Source of the DNA: Candidatus Bathyarchaeia archaeon
GTDB taxonomy: Archaea > Thermoproteota > Bathyarchaeia > Bathyarchaeales > Bathycorpusculaceae
Length of the DNA: 64,000 nt
Reading direction: 5' to 3'
Assembly: GCA_050010755.1 (NCBI GenBank)
Contig: JBEKKK010000001.1
Coordinates: 1,312,001 to 1,376,000, forward strand
Below are positions 49,268-59,062 of this stretch, piece by piece; within the stretch, counting starts at the first letter, position 1; every line of letters starts with the position of its first letter. A program made the translations under genes and the position numbers. Below the pieces are notes generated by a model. It was not told where the DNA came from. It was given only the letters and a program-made list of their open reading frames with translations, and did not search any database.

Positions 49268-49786
49268 TTAAGTATGCGCAGTTTGATTTGTGTCATTTTT
49301 CTTACACTCCTTGCAACGCATAGGTTTTATGGGTTTGAAAGGAACTTCAAATAGCTTTCCACAATTACTGCACACAGTGTGATACATTGTCTTAGGAGCT
49401 GTTGAAAAATAGGTTTTGACTCTTTCTGTCGAGAAGTATGCGAAGGAGAAGAAGGGGTACAGGACAAGGTACGCTATTATCGGAATGAAGATGGTAGACG
49501 GGCCGACCCAGTAGACTAGCCAGATGTCGAAGAGGATGAGCAGAACCCAAGAGGCCATCGACAGAAAATAGCCTGCGCGCATTCCTAGAAATATGAGAAC
49601 AGTATCCGCAATGAACAATGTGCCGAACGCGGCGGTCAGCCCTATGAGCGTAAGCACTGGCGTTGAGGGTTCTCCTACCTGTGCCCATACAGAAAGAAAG
49701 AAAATTGCGATTAACCATGCTCCAATAGCGGTTAACACGGTGAACAGGCACACCAGAGTGACCCCAACTGGCTGGACTCTCTCCAC
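49268..49786 (-). CDS. Membrane protein with C-terminal CxxC Zn ribbon
   Basis: 4 TM ending VKTYF, then CSNCGKLFEVPFKP...CKEC. Confidence 0.7.
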   Translation of the reverse strand: MERVQPVGVTLVCLFTVLTAIGAWLIAIFFLSVWAQVGEPSTPVLTLIGLTAAFGTLFIADTVLIFLGMRAGYFLSMASWVLLILFDIWLVYWVGPSTIFIPIIAYLVLYPFFSFAYFSTERVKTYFSTAPKTMYHTVCSNCGKLFEVPFKPIKPMRCKECKKNDTNQTAHT

Positions 49787-50210
49787 AGCGTCACCAAAAG
49801 TTACATTTGTTTCCGAAGATAAAAACTTTAAGCGACAGCCAGAAAAAAAGTTTTTCAGAACAAGGCTGGACGGAGACTGTGTTTTGCGAATGAAGCTGCC
49901 AGCAGGCTCTGTTCAGACTCGAAACTCACTCATAACAACATGTAAACTCACTGTACAGTTGCCCATCTGCAGGACGATTTCAGGATTAACCCGTTTAACG
50001 ATGCGGGAGAACGCAGTAACCGCTTCGGTCCAGCCCGCGCTCACAACTGCCAAAACTCTCCAGACTCATCAACAAGCGCACAGGAGCCGAGAAGATGATT
50101 GCCGTCAACACAGCAGACCACGTTAAACACGCCTTGCCACTTCACATCCCATTTTCGAAAAAATTCATTCAACACGCCAATTATTTAACTCACCCGCGCG
50201 CACTGCGATT

Positions 50211-50786
50211 CTACGTTGGCAGAGGGGGAAAAGGTTGGGGTGGTATTATTGCCTCAACGGGCTTTGGCACGCGCTCTCTAGTTAGTGCGGCAAACATCAT
50301 AATCGCGGCAACCAAGGCCAGCCAAAAACCGAAAGATAGGTACGACGAGTAATCCATGGATATTCCAAGGTAGCCGTATGAACCACTGGAGAACAAACCT
50401 GCTCCTGTTGGGATCCCCGTAACCAAAGACCCATTTGAAATCTGGCTTTGCAATCCCGCAGCGAATATAATAATCGAAAACAAAGCAAGTATCCCGCCAA
50501 GTGAAAGCACAATCCTTCTTCCATTAGCAATGACACTACCTGCCAAACCCAGCAAGCCGCCTAACACCACAAATGCCAAGGCAATCGAACAATACCAAGG
50601 AAGATTCGTTGAAGCGGATAATGATATACCTGTTATGGTCACTCTCGTTTGGTATAGGTACAGAGCAACCTGATCAGAGAGGTTCATTCCCATGCCTGAA
50701 CTCGAAATGCCCATAGCCCACCACGGTAACACCAAGCTAATGAAAGCCAATATGCCTCCGATAAAACCTGAATAGTTAATTCTCAA
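50211..50786 (-). CDS. Hypothetical membrane protein
   Basis: SLVLPWW...LSFGFWLALVAA. Confidence 0.75.
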   Translation of the reverse strand: MRINYSGFIGGILAFISLVLPWWAMGISSSGMGMNLSDQVALYLYQTRVTITGISLSASTNLPWYCSIALAFVVLGGLLGLAGSVIANGRRIVLSLGGILALFSIIIFAAGLQSQISNGSLVTGIPTGAGLFSSGSYGYLGISMDYSSYLSFGFWLALVAAIMMFAALTRERVPKPVEAIIPPQPFPPLPT

Positions 50787-50881
50787 ATTGCGCCCCCCAC
50801 TCTACAATGTCGCGCGCGCTGTCCTCGATTTTAATCGAATTCATTTTCATATAAAACTTTCTAAGGCGCGCGCTACGAAGC

Positions 50882-51349
50882 TCAACTGGCGCTCTTAATC
50901 GGTCTCTTCACGGCAACATAGAGTTGTAGAACAGACGCTATCGAGGTGATAATTGCGCCAGTTAGAGTGACGTAAGCACCGTAGAGAATCGAGTATATAT
51001 TAAAAGGCCATTCGAGTCCCAGCCTTGGCTCGATTATGCGCAGGCTTGGAAGCGCAATCCAAGCAGCTGTGATAGAAAGAGTGGCCAAGCTTCCACATAA
51101 AACTAGTAATCCTGTGTACCATCTAGGTCTTAGGATGAAAACTGCTGAAAGAAATAGTGTCAAGATACAAGTCAGCAGGATATAGGCTGCCATTTTAATG
51201 TATGGGATACCTGGCCTGGAAACAGGAACATAGTTATACAATAGAATCGTTCCTACATATCCCCATGGCATATAGCAACCTGCTAGGCTGACAGAAACTC
51301 CAAAAAGAACTATAACCGTGATTAACATCCGACGCCTCAATTCAAACAA
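50882..51349 (-). CDS. Hypothetical membrane protein
   Basis: MPWG...YGAYVTL; 4 TM. Confidence 0.65.
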   Translation of the reverse strand: MFELRRRMLITVIVLFGVSVSLAGCYMPWGYVGTILLYNYVPVSRPGIPYIKMAAYILLTCILTLFLSAVFILRPRWYTGLLVLCGSLATLSITAAWIALPSLRIIEPRLGLEWPFNIYSILYGAYVTLTGAIITSIASVLQLYVAVKRPIKSAS

Positions 51350-51396
51350 TGGACATCAGTCCCATCTTGGAAACGAAGTCTGATGAGCATATAGCT

Positions 51397-51885
51397 TTAC
51401 CGCGCTGTCTTCATTCTTAAGCCAAAATATTCATGAATATTTCCTGACAAGAGAAACCATAGTGAACAGCCAATTGCGTAAGCATATGGCATTAAAACCG
51501 CAATTAGGCTTTCGATTTGCCAGTTTGCCAGATTTTGAAGGCCTGCATACTCGCCAGTACTGTAACTTTTCCAAACAGAAAATGTAAGTCGAGAAAACAA
51601 GAAACAAACGAAAGTCCAAAAGAGCATTGACGCGTACCAAACGTATTTCGACTTGCTGACTAGCATAGAAATAGAGAGGCAGAAAGCATAGAGCGACATC
51701 AGAATTGCGGGTAAAAGACTTAACAAGACATGTTCCGTGTAGATGGCACCCTCCCCAGAAGCGGCAAGTCCTTCTCCCCCGACAAAGGCGACCAAGAAAC
51801 TGATGAGAGTGAGAAGACCCATGGCAAATGAAGCAAACAACGTCAATATCGCGACTATCTTTACACTATTTGGTTTTTTACTCAA
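51397..51885 (-). CDS. Hypothetical 4-TM protein, paralogue of 56293-56763
   Basis: PNSVxIVAILTL, SKYxWYAS, PYxYAxGCS shared. Confidence 0.75.
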   Translation of the reverse strand: MSKKPNSVKIVAILTLFASFAMGLLTLISFLVAFVGGEGLAASGEGAIYTEHVLLSLLPAILMSLYAFCLSISMLVSKSKYVWYASMLFWTFVCFLFSRLTFSVWKSYSTGEYAGLQNLANWQIESLIAVLMPYAYAIGCSLWFLLSGNIHEYFGLRMKTAR

Positions 51886-51941
51886 CTTGCGTCACCAGCT
51901 CGCGACACTTTGGTTCATATAAACAGATTGAGCAGGAAGAA

Positions 51942-51985
51942 GTTAACTCCTGTGTTATTGACCATTAAGTCAATGATAATTGACC
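51942..51985. repeat. 44-bp TTGAC/GTCAA dyad element, copy 1
   Basis: Similar to 56823-56866 and 58903-58946. Confidence 0.8.
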
Positions 51986-52024
51986 AACACGCCAACCAAC
52001 ACGCCAAAGGCGCGCTATCTCTTT

Positions 52025-53020
52025 TCATATATGCATCAGGAATGTTAGTAATACGTAGGCAACGAAAAAGACCAGACCGAAAGTCAACCCATACCAGGGT
52101 ATCTTCTTTTTTGAGATGAAATAGAGCATAAGCGAAGAGACCACTGTCGTGGCAAGAACGCTAAGATAAGCGTGAACGTCTAGGACCCATGCTGTAAGAA
52201 AAAGTCCAATCGCAATATACAATGTTGAGTACAGGACTTTTTCGCCGACCAGCGATCCTATGCTTAAGGTGTCCTTGCCTCTGAAGCCCCAGATTAAAGC
52301 GCTCGCGGTCTCAGGAATCGCGGTCGCTGCTGGGATTACGATAATAGACAGCCCGATCAAGCTAGCTCCAAGCGAAATAGATATCTGGTTAACTATTGAA
52401 ACGAGTTGGCTAGCTCCAACGTAAAGCACGACAACTGAAACAGCTAATTGAACGAAGCTTCCGATCTCCCTGTTGGGAATTATTCTGCAGAAATAGGGAC
52501 TCTCAGCCTCCGAGGCAACCTCGAAAGTTCTATGCCTATACATCAGACCAACATAAACAAGGTATGCTGATAGGAACAACAGTCCAAATAAGATCCGCAC
52601 TTGAAATGAATGAAAAACCGATGGAACTAGCGCTATCGGCAAGAGAATCGTGACGAAAATGAACGGTATTGCCAGAGTTTGGCTAACTTCAAGGTAGCTG
52701 TGCTTCCTTCTTTTCAGAAAGAAACCGAATAAAGCGACTACTCCGACCAACCCGTAAGAAACACTCGACGCTATGAACGGCTCACCGAATATTGTTCCAA
52801 CCGCCACCGCCGCACCGCCGGCTCCCCTAAGACTGAAAATGGCTATGAGCAATACCACAAGCTCGGGAAGTGACGTGAAAAGCGGCGACAGAATAGCACC
52901 CACAAAAGAATGCCCTATGTTAAACCTGTAGCCAAGGAACTCGATCGAATTCACATACAGCAATGCGGATACGAAAACAACTATAATACTAATCAGCAGA
53001 AATACTACGAGCTCAAGCAT
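52025..53020 (-). CDS. Na+/Ca2+ exchanger (CaCA) family antiporter
   Basis: Alpha repeats TSLPE and TAIPE; about 10 TM. Confidence 0.88.
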   Translation of the reverse strand: MLELVVFLLISIIVVFVSALLYVNSIEFLGYRFNIGHSFVGAILSPLFTSLPELVVLLIAIFSLRGAGGAAVAVGTIFGEPFIASSVSYGLVGVVALFGFFLKRRKHSYLEVSQTLAIPFIFVTILLPIALVPSVFHSFQVRILFGLLFLSAYLVYVGLMYRHRTFEVASEAESPYFCRIIPNREIGSFVQLAVSVVVLYVGASQLVSIVNQISISLGASLIGLSIIVIPAATAIPETASALIWGFRGKDTLSIGSLVGEKVLYSTLYIAIGLFLTAWVLDVHAYLSVLATTVVSSLMLYFISKKKIPWYGLTFGLVFFVAYVLLTFLMHI

Positions 53021-53297
53021 TTTTATGCCATCAAAAAAACTATTGAGACCCGTGGATCTATTTATGTGATTACTTGTTTCAGCGCGTGCAGAAACAGTGG
53101 ATGCGTTTCCTAGCCGACCAAACTGAAGATGAGTTGACCCTTCACAGCATCAACTCCTAATTCCAGTCTCAGAACGTCCAAGTTCACTATTAGATATTAG
53201 GCGCGCGCGTGAATTATGAGAACGCGTGTTGCTGCGGCACTACAGTCACACAGGCTTAAATATCGTGCACATTATTCTTGTTATCAGGTGATTTGGT

Positions 53298-53597
53298 TTG
53301 TTGTTCATGGTTGTTGCTAGGCATAGTGCTGAGTCGTGCCCTGCAGGCACAGTTCGACCTGATAAAGGGTTCGCAGCAAAGGTGGAAGAGAGTATGAAGA
53401 AATCTGGAGTCAAGGAAATAGCAGGATACTCGGATGTACCAGGCCACGTACACTATTTTGTTCTCGAAACCGACAGTAATACAGCTCTCAATAATGCCGT
53501 TGAACCGCTAAGGCTTGTAGGAGACGTAACCATAACTCCGGTACTCAAGTGGTCAGACGTAGTTGTCTGGGCCAAGCAAATAGGGATTCAAAAGTAG
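53298..53597 (+). CDS. Small hypothetical (ferredoxin-like/GYD-like) protein
   Basis: HSAESCP, GHVHYFVLE, ITPV; AGGTGA SD. Confidence 0.65.
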   Translation: MLFMVVARHSAESCPAGTVRPDKGFAAKVEESMKKSGVKEIAGYSDVPGHVHYFVLETDSNTALNNAVEPLRLVGDVTITPVLKWSDVVVWAKQIGIQK

Positions 53598-53653
53598 CCC
53601 ACGCGTTAGAAACGAATATCAATCGTAAATCAGTCAAGGTTGGAGGTGAGCCT

Positions 53654-53827
53654 ATGAGTAAAGGTAAGATGAAGACGATGACTTGCCCCGAGTGTGGATG
53701 GACTGTGAAGTCGCCTTGGGGAGAGAACGATGTAATGGACCATATAATGCTTCATGCAAAGAATCATCATCCTGAGTTTTTGAAGCACAGCAAGGAAGAC
53801 ATGAAGAGGACGATAAAGGACGCATAG
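53654..53827 (+). CDS. DUF1059-like small Zn-binding protein
   Basis: CPECGW...HAKNHH; GGAGGTGA SD. Confidence 0.7.
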   Translation: MSKGKMKTMTCPECGWTVKSPWGENDVMDHIMLHAKNHHPEFLKHSKEDMKRTIKDA

Positions 53828-53877
53828 GCTAGTTACAGACACCTAGAGTTAATTGAACGTGAGAGGAGGTGAAATAA

Positions 53878-54270
53878 ATGGGAGAATATGAAGACACGAC
53901 AAGAGATATTGAGAAGACCTTCGGATTTGTTCCGGGCTTCATGAAAGGACTGCCACACGATGTTCTAATCCACGACTGGCCTCTAATGAAAAAATACACC
54001 CTCGGAGAAAGCAAGATACCCGCAAAGCAAAGGGAGCTCTTAGGCTTAGCGGTAGCAGCTAACATAAAATGCCCATACTGCCAGCTCTTCCACAAGAGCG
54101 TTGCCCAAATGTATGGAGCCACACCGGAAGAGTTCGCCGAGATTGCGTTCCTAGCCAGCTATACATCCAGGTGGAGCTCCATGATTCACGCCCAACACTA
54201 CCCCTATGAAACTTTTGAAAGAGAAACACGACAAATAGGCGAACACCTAAGCAAAGCTGCCAAAAAGTAA
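53878..54270 (+). CDS. Carboxymuconolactone decarboxylase/AhpD family protein
   Basis: RELLGLAVAANIKCPYCQLFH...GATPEE. Confidence 0.9.
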   Translation: MGEYEDTTRDIEKTFGFVPGFMKGLPHDVLIHDWPLMKKYTLGESKIPAKQRELLGLAVAANIKCPYCQLFHKSVAQMYGATPEEFAEIAFLASYTSRWSSMIHAQHYPYETFERETRQIGEHLSKAAKK

Positions 54271-54325
54271 AATGACAGAATCCGCGCACACTTTCCTTTT
54301 TTTCTTCCTCTCATTGCATCAAGCT

Positions 54326-54385
54326 ATCAATGTCGCGCTCGCATCACGCTCGCGCTCCAACCAATGAAAACACAAAAGCGCGCGC
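54326..54385 (+). repeat. 60-bp intergenic repeat, copy 1
   Basis: 56/60 identical to 56095-56154. Confidence 0.9.
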
Positions 54386-54840
54386 TTATTCTATAGGATT
54401 TTTCAAAGACGCGTGCTACTACACGCGACCTTGTTCCCAACGTCCATGCGCACGAAACCACGCTTCATGATGCGCAAAATCACCAAAAGTCTTCAAATGC
54501 GAAGCCAAATCTGCCTCAGTTGCAAACACACAGGGGCACCAACGACACTTAAAACACTTCTCAACTTCACTCATGTAAGCCACAGCGGATCTAACACATA
54601 AACACTGATAAATCTAATCCTCACTACTAGGGCGCGCACGCTAATAGCAACGTAAATAGACGCGCTATCTAGACGCAGTATCAGAATGCATTAAGCGCGC
54701 GCGATGAGCATCATTTCTACTTCATTGCTTCTTTCTTCTTTTTTCTTCTTTCATTCTATCTCTCTTTGTTTTGGTTACCATGGCGTCACGCCCCATTTAC
54801 CAGAATGGCAAGCGCCCTACAAAACGCTTATGTCTCCAGA

Positions 54841-55125
54841 ATGCATTTCTTGGTATCTAAAGTTGAAAGCGAGGAATGTGTTTTTAGTCCCAAAAAACGA
54901 GCTCCAAGAAACGCAAAAAACAAACGCGGCAGAGGCATAAATTACCCTATCAAGCTTGGGGAAGAATATGAAGTAGACATAGTAGATATGACTCCAAACG
55001 GGCAGGGCATCGCCAGAATCAAAGGTTTTCCAATCTTCATCAGCAACACAAAACCCAACGAACACCTAAAAATAAAAATAACAAATCTGACCAGCGGTGG
55101 CGCAGACGCCCAAATAATCCCATAA
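54841..55125 (+). CDS. Stand-alone TRAM domain RNA-binding protein; start uncertain
   Basis: PIKLGEEYEVDI...GQGIARIKGFPIFI. Confidence 0.8.
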   Translation: MHFLVSKVESEECVFSPKKRAPRNAKNKRGRGINYPIKLGEEYEVDIVDMTPNGQGIARIKGFPIFISNTKPNEHLKIKITNLTSGGADAQIIP

Positions 55126-55476
55126 CTTTCTATCGCGCGCGCTAAGCAATCGTTTATATAAAGTGCAGTCGCGTTATAACAACGACACAAAAACTAAGGA
55201 GAAAAGCAGAAAAATGCCGAGCACACAAAAGAAGAAAAAACCACTCCCCAAAAAATACACGAAAAACAAGAAATAACTAAGGAACCATGATGGAAGCAGA
55301 CGCACAAAATGCCAAGTCCTTAATCACCTTCCGCGCGCGCATGAGCAAGCCGAAGTCTTGAAGCCCCAAGAAAGAGCACGGCAAGACTCTTTTTCTCTTT
55401 TTACGCGCGCGAGACATCGCAACACAACGAAAATTAGAGTGCGGTTATTTAGACTCACTGTAGACAACAAGTAAGG

Positions 55477-56031
55477 GTGACTCAAATAATGGGAAACAAT
55501 GTGCGTTTCAAGTGTCTTCATTGTGGCCGATGCTGTAGAAACCTCTTAAGAGGATACAATGGAATCATCAGTGGACTAGTGCTGTTTCCTGATGAAACTG
55601 AACTTTTTCCGAAGGAGATTGTATTTCCAAGTATAGGCTTGGGATTTGACAGAATAGACCCTTTGAAACCCGAGTCCATTCTGACATATCAACTTGATTC
55701 AGAGGATTGTCCACATGTTTCAGAAAAGAACACCTGCAAAATCTACGATAAAAGACCCCTAATCTGTCGCGCATTTCCACTAATAACAATGAATGAAAAA
55801 GGATTCAACATTGCGGATTCGCAAAATTGCCTTTTTGTAGAAAAGGCAGAGCAAGAAAAAGGACCATTGGATTCGCTTCTCCCAATTACCCCAAAAAGGC
55901 TAAAGGCGCAATCAGAATGGGTGTTCGCAAGAATCATAAATACACGTTGGGAAGCAATCACTGCAAAACAGCACAAAGACCAAGCAGCCCTTAGAAAATT
56001 CAACCTAGCAACAAAAGAATGGGCACTCTAA
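55477..56031 (+). CDS. YkgJ-family cysteine-cluster protein
   Basis: FKCLHCGRCC, CPH, CKIYDKRPLICRAFP. Confidence 0.88.
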   Translation: MTQIMGNNVRFKCLHCGRCCRNLLRGYNGIISGLVLFPDETELFPKEIVFPSIGLGFDRIDPLKPESILTYQLDSEDCPHVSEKNTCKIYDKRPLICRAFPLITMNEKGFNIADSQNCLFVEKAEQEKGPLDSLLPITPKRLKAQSEWVFARIINTRWEAITAKQHKDQAALRKFNLATKEWAL

Positions 56032-56094
56032 ACACTCATCAACAAAGCGCGCGCGCTCTCTTCTTTCAAACCTCCAATCGAATTGATTCAACCC

Positions 56095-56154
56095 ATCAAT
56101 GTCGCGCTGGCATCACGCTCGCGCTCCAACCCATGAAAACACAAAGGCGAGCGC
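56095..56154 (+). repeat. 60-bp intergenic repeat, copy 2
   Basis: 56/60 identical to 54326-54385. Confidence 0.9.
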
Positions 56155-56292
56155 GTCACGCTAGACCGATAAGGAAACAATTTTGAAAGAGCTGTCGATT
56201 TGGTCGGCCGGAGGGGTTCCTTTGCAGAAGTAGAGACTCCTTAGCGGGGCGCGCTATCACTATTGTTTGTTTTTGTCCATCAAATCACGTCA

Positions 56293-56763
56293 CTAAACGT
56301 CAAAGTAATCTCTTACACCTCTCTTGAAAATAAAATAAATTGAGCATCCGACTGCATAGACATATGGCAATAAGATTAAAGTCAACTGTCCAATTCCCAT
56401 TTCTAAATCCTGCATATTGTCTGACGGAAAACTAGCCCACACATTTACCCAACCAGAATAAGCAAAGTTGGCAAGCAATATACAAACCAAAATCCAAAAC
56501 ACTATTGAAGCATACCAAATGTACTTTGACCTGATAAGAAACAAAACAATACCCAAAATCAAGGCATATTCCCAACATATTTGCAGAGGTAAAGCAATTA
56601 CTGGATATGGTGGTGTAGGATTCTCATAATCACCTTCTCCTCCACCTCCAACAAAACCAATAGAAGAAACGACAACAATAGCATCAAGGGAAGCTAAAAC
56701 AAAGAAAGCAATCAAAGTCAATATCGCAACTATTGTTACACTATTAGGCCGCCTTTTACTCAT
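56293..56763 (-). CDS. Hypothetical 4-TM protein, paralogue of 51397-51885
   Basis: Shared motifs and shared upstream DNA. Confidence 0.75.
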   Translation of the reverse strand: MSKRRPNSVTIVAILTLIAFFVLASLDAIVVVSSIGFVGGGGEGDYENPTPPYPVIALPLQICWEYALILGIVLFLIRSKYIWYASIVFWILVCILLANFAYSGWVNVWASFPSDNMQDLEMGIGQLTLILLPYVYAVGCSIYFIFKRGVRDYFDV

Positions 56764-56822
56764 TCATATCACCAACACACGCGACACCGCAACTCATACA
56801 AGCAAATGAACAGAATGACACC

Positions 56823-56866
56823 GTTAACTCCTGCGTCATTGACCACCTGGTCAACGATCATTGACA
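56823..56866. repeat. 44-bp TTGAC/GTCAA dyad element, copy 2
   Basis: See copy 1. Confidence 0.8.
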
Positions 56867-56890
56867 TGTTTGTGCCCTGCTTCGAGCGCG

Positions 56891-56989
56891 CTAGTTAAGC
56901 ACCTGCCCTTAGGGGATGTCAGCGGCGACGGTATAGTTAACATGAGAGACATCGCTCTCGTGGCCAGAAACTTGGGAAACCACGAATAA
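56891..56989 (+). pseudogene. Orphan dockerin-type repeat fragment
   Basis: LGDVSGDGIVNMRDIALVARNLG; no convincing start. Confidence 0.65.
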
Positions 56990-57154
56990 CACAACTCACC
57001 GCGCACTATTTGGGATTTGAGTTTTTCGATCAGCGCAAACATGGACTGGAAAGTTGAAGCGCCAAGGAGCTGTTAACCAAGGTCTATTCTATCTACGGAC
57101 ATGCGCTCTCGAGTAAATCCTGCCGCTCTAACCTCTGCCTGCGTCGCGGGTGAG

Positions 57155-57904
57155 TTATTTAGCGAGCACCGTGACAGTACTGTTGGACAAGATGGGTGTT
57201 GTCAGATTTAATCCTGGGTCAAGATAATACGTCCCTAGCAACAGGTCGTTACCCAGGGATAAACCGAGGGTTGATGAGCCTGAAGAGAGTGCCTTGAACG
57301 TTACTTGGCATAGAAATCCTGAGCCGTAAAACGTCGTTTGGTTTTGCCCTAACAGACTATCGCCGGCGAGCACGTATCCTTCATCATTTTGAATAGATTG
57401 TAACGGTCTCTGGGTAAATTCTGTGCTGTTGAAGTCTATAAGAGCCTGAGACACTGGGTATTTGTCTGAAAACACTTGCGGGTTTGGAACTGAAACATTG
57501 ACGCACTCTACAATTGTAGAGTTGAAAGTGAAATTGATCTGCCAAGCATACATGTTTGTGAGGTTCTCAGCGAAGACGGAAACGGAAAACATGTCACCGG
57601 CACTCACGTTGACTTCCTGAGGAAGCACCATAAAAATTGTTTCATTGTCAGGGTTGGGCATAACCATATCTGATGTCGATTGCGTAGTCGAAACTGAGCC
57701 AGTAGTCCCCGGTGATTGAGTCGCCCGCGCAGAGTTAATAATCTGTGTCGAATCAATCATCGGCACCGAGCTCATCGGCGGCGTCGTCTGAGTCGTTGGA
57801 ATCGAACCCGTCGCTGAAACAAACAAACCGATAAAGGTGACGCCCAGCAGAAGACAAACGCAAACGGTGAGAGAGACTATTCTGGAAAATGCACCACGGT
57901 TCAA
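57155..57904 (-). CDS. Exported cohesin-domain protein
   Basis: Signal/TM, S/T/P linker, FSVSV...AWQINFTFN...GSGFLCQVTFKA. Confidence 0.8.
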   Translation of the reverse strand: MNRGAFSRIVSLTVCVCLLLGVTFIGLFVSATGSIPTTQTTPPMSSVPMIDSTQIINSARATQSPGTTGSVSTTQSTSDMVMPNPDNETIFMVLPQEVNVSAGDMFSVSVFAENLTNMYAWQINFTFNSTIVECVNVSVPNPQVFSDKYPVSQALIDFNSTEFTQRPLQSIQNDEGYVLAGDSLLGQNQTTFYGSGFLCQVTFKALSSGSSTLGLSLGNDLLLGTYYLDPGLNLTTPILSNSTVTVLAK

Positions 57905-58125
57905 CGTAACCTAACACCACCTAAGCATATAGAGAGGTCCAACTTTTAACTCTGTCGCAAACTGAAACAGAAAGAAACGACTTTACAAGTTTCCTCAAAG
58001 AATCCACATCTCCAGAACTTCAAATGAAACAAACAACCGCGTACTGTGAAAGTTCTGTTACGAACGTTAACATGCCTGCTTACAGCAATAGTAAGACAAC
58101 TCCAAGAAAACTCTTCCCTTGCAAT

Positions 58126-58863
58126 TTAATCTCTTCCTCTGCAGGCTTCATATTTCGAATCACACAAGTGCCCTAACACATAGAAAAAGAAGTAGTTTCT
58201 CCACCACACCTTGTAGCTCTTCAACAATCCCCACTGTCCAAGTCTTCGACTGGACTCAAAAACGGGAGTCGACAACACTTTTGTCCGTCCGTAAGACGAT
58301 GCCTTCCGCAGCATGTCTGTTATCTCCAGCATTGGAAGTTTTTCGTTAAACCCCTTTATCCTCCAAAAAATGTCTTTCCTTACCGCAGTCATATCTCCTC
58401 TGTTATAAAACTTCAAAAGAAAACTCAGATAAGCGCATAACCTGACGTACAACCCATCTAACACATAGAACAAGACACTTGAGAGCGTCCTTCGTCGAGA
58501 CGAAGGTAAAACCCGCGAGATTACAGAAACCACGGAAGTATCTCTGAACTCTTTAGCGACATCAGTGAGCGAAGACTTCTGCAACGTCGTATCCGCATCC
58601 ATGAAAATCAAGATGCTGCCCTTTGCCAGACTCGCGCCGAAATTCCTCGCCCTAGAAACACCACGAGGAAGAAACGCGTACACGTTCTTGACGTATTTCC
58701 TTGCCTCTCCAACCGTGCCATCACTGCTACTATCTACTACGATAATTTCGGTGCTGACCCCGTATCTTCCAACCTCTTCACTAGCTTCTTTTACCTTCCT
58801 CAAAGTTTTTCCTATATATTTCCGTTCGTTCCTAGTGACCAAAATGACTGAAAGATCCGCCAT
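58126..58863 (-). CDS. Glycosyltransferase family 2
   Basis: RNE, IVVDSSSDGT, ARNFGA, FMDAD. Confidence 0.9.
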   Translation of the reverse strand: MADLSVILVTRNERKYIGKTLRKVKEASEEVGRYGVSTEIIVVDSSSDGTVGEARKYVKNVYAFLPRGVSRARNFGASLAKGSILIFMDADTTLQKSSLTDVAKEFRDTSVVSVISRVLPSSRRRTLSSVLFYVLDGLYVRLCAYLSFLLKFYNRGDMTAVRKDIFWRIKGFNEKLPMLEITDMLRKASSYGRTKVLSTPVFESSRRLGQWGLLKSYKVWWRNYFFFYVLGHLCDSKYEACRGRD

Positions 58864-58902
58864 TCAACCACATCCACAAACTGCATCAAGAAAGGAGCGA
58901 CA

Positions 58903-58946
58903 GTTAATTCCTGCCTTGTTGACCACGATGTCAACGATTGTTGACC
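58903..58946. repeat. 44-bp TTGAC/GTCAA dyad element, copy 3
   Basis: See copy 1. Confidence 0.75.
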
Positions 58947-59062
58947 TCCAGCCTGTTCTTCGTAACTGTTGTTGTCAACCAATGTTGACTACTGGTTCGG
59001 TGGCGGTTGATAACGGCAAGGATTAATTACGAGTTGCTTAGAGAAAGGTTTCAGGACTCGCA

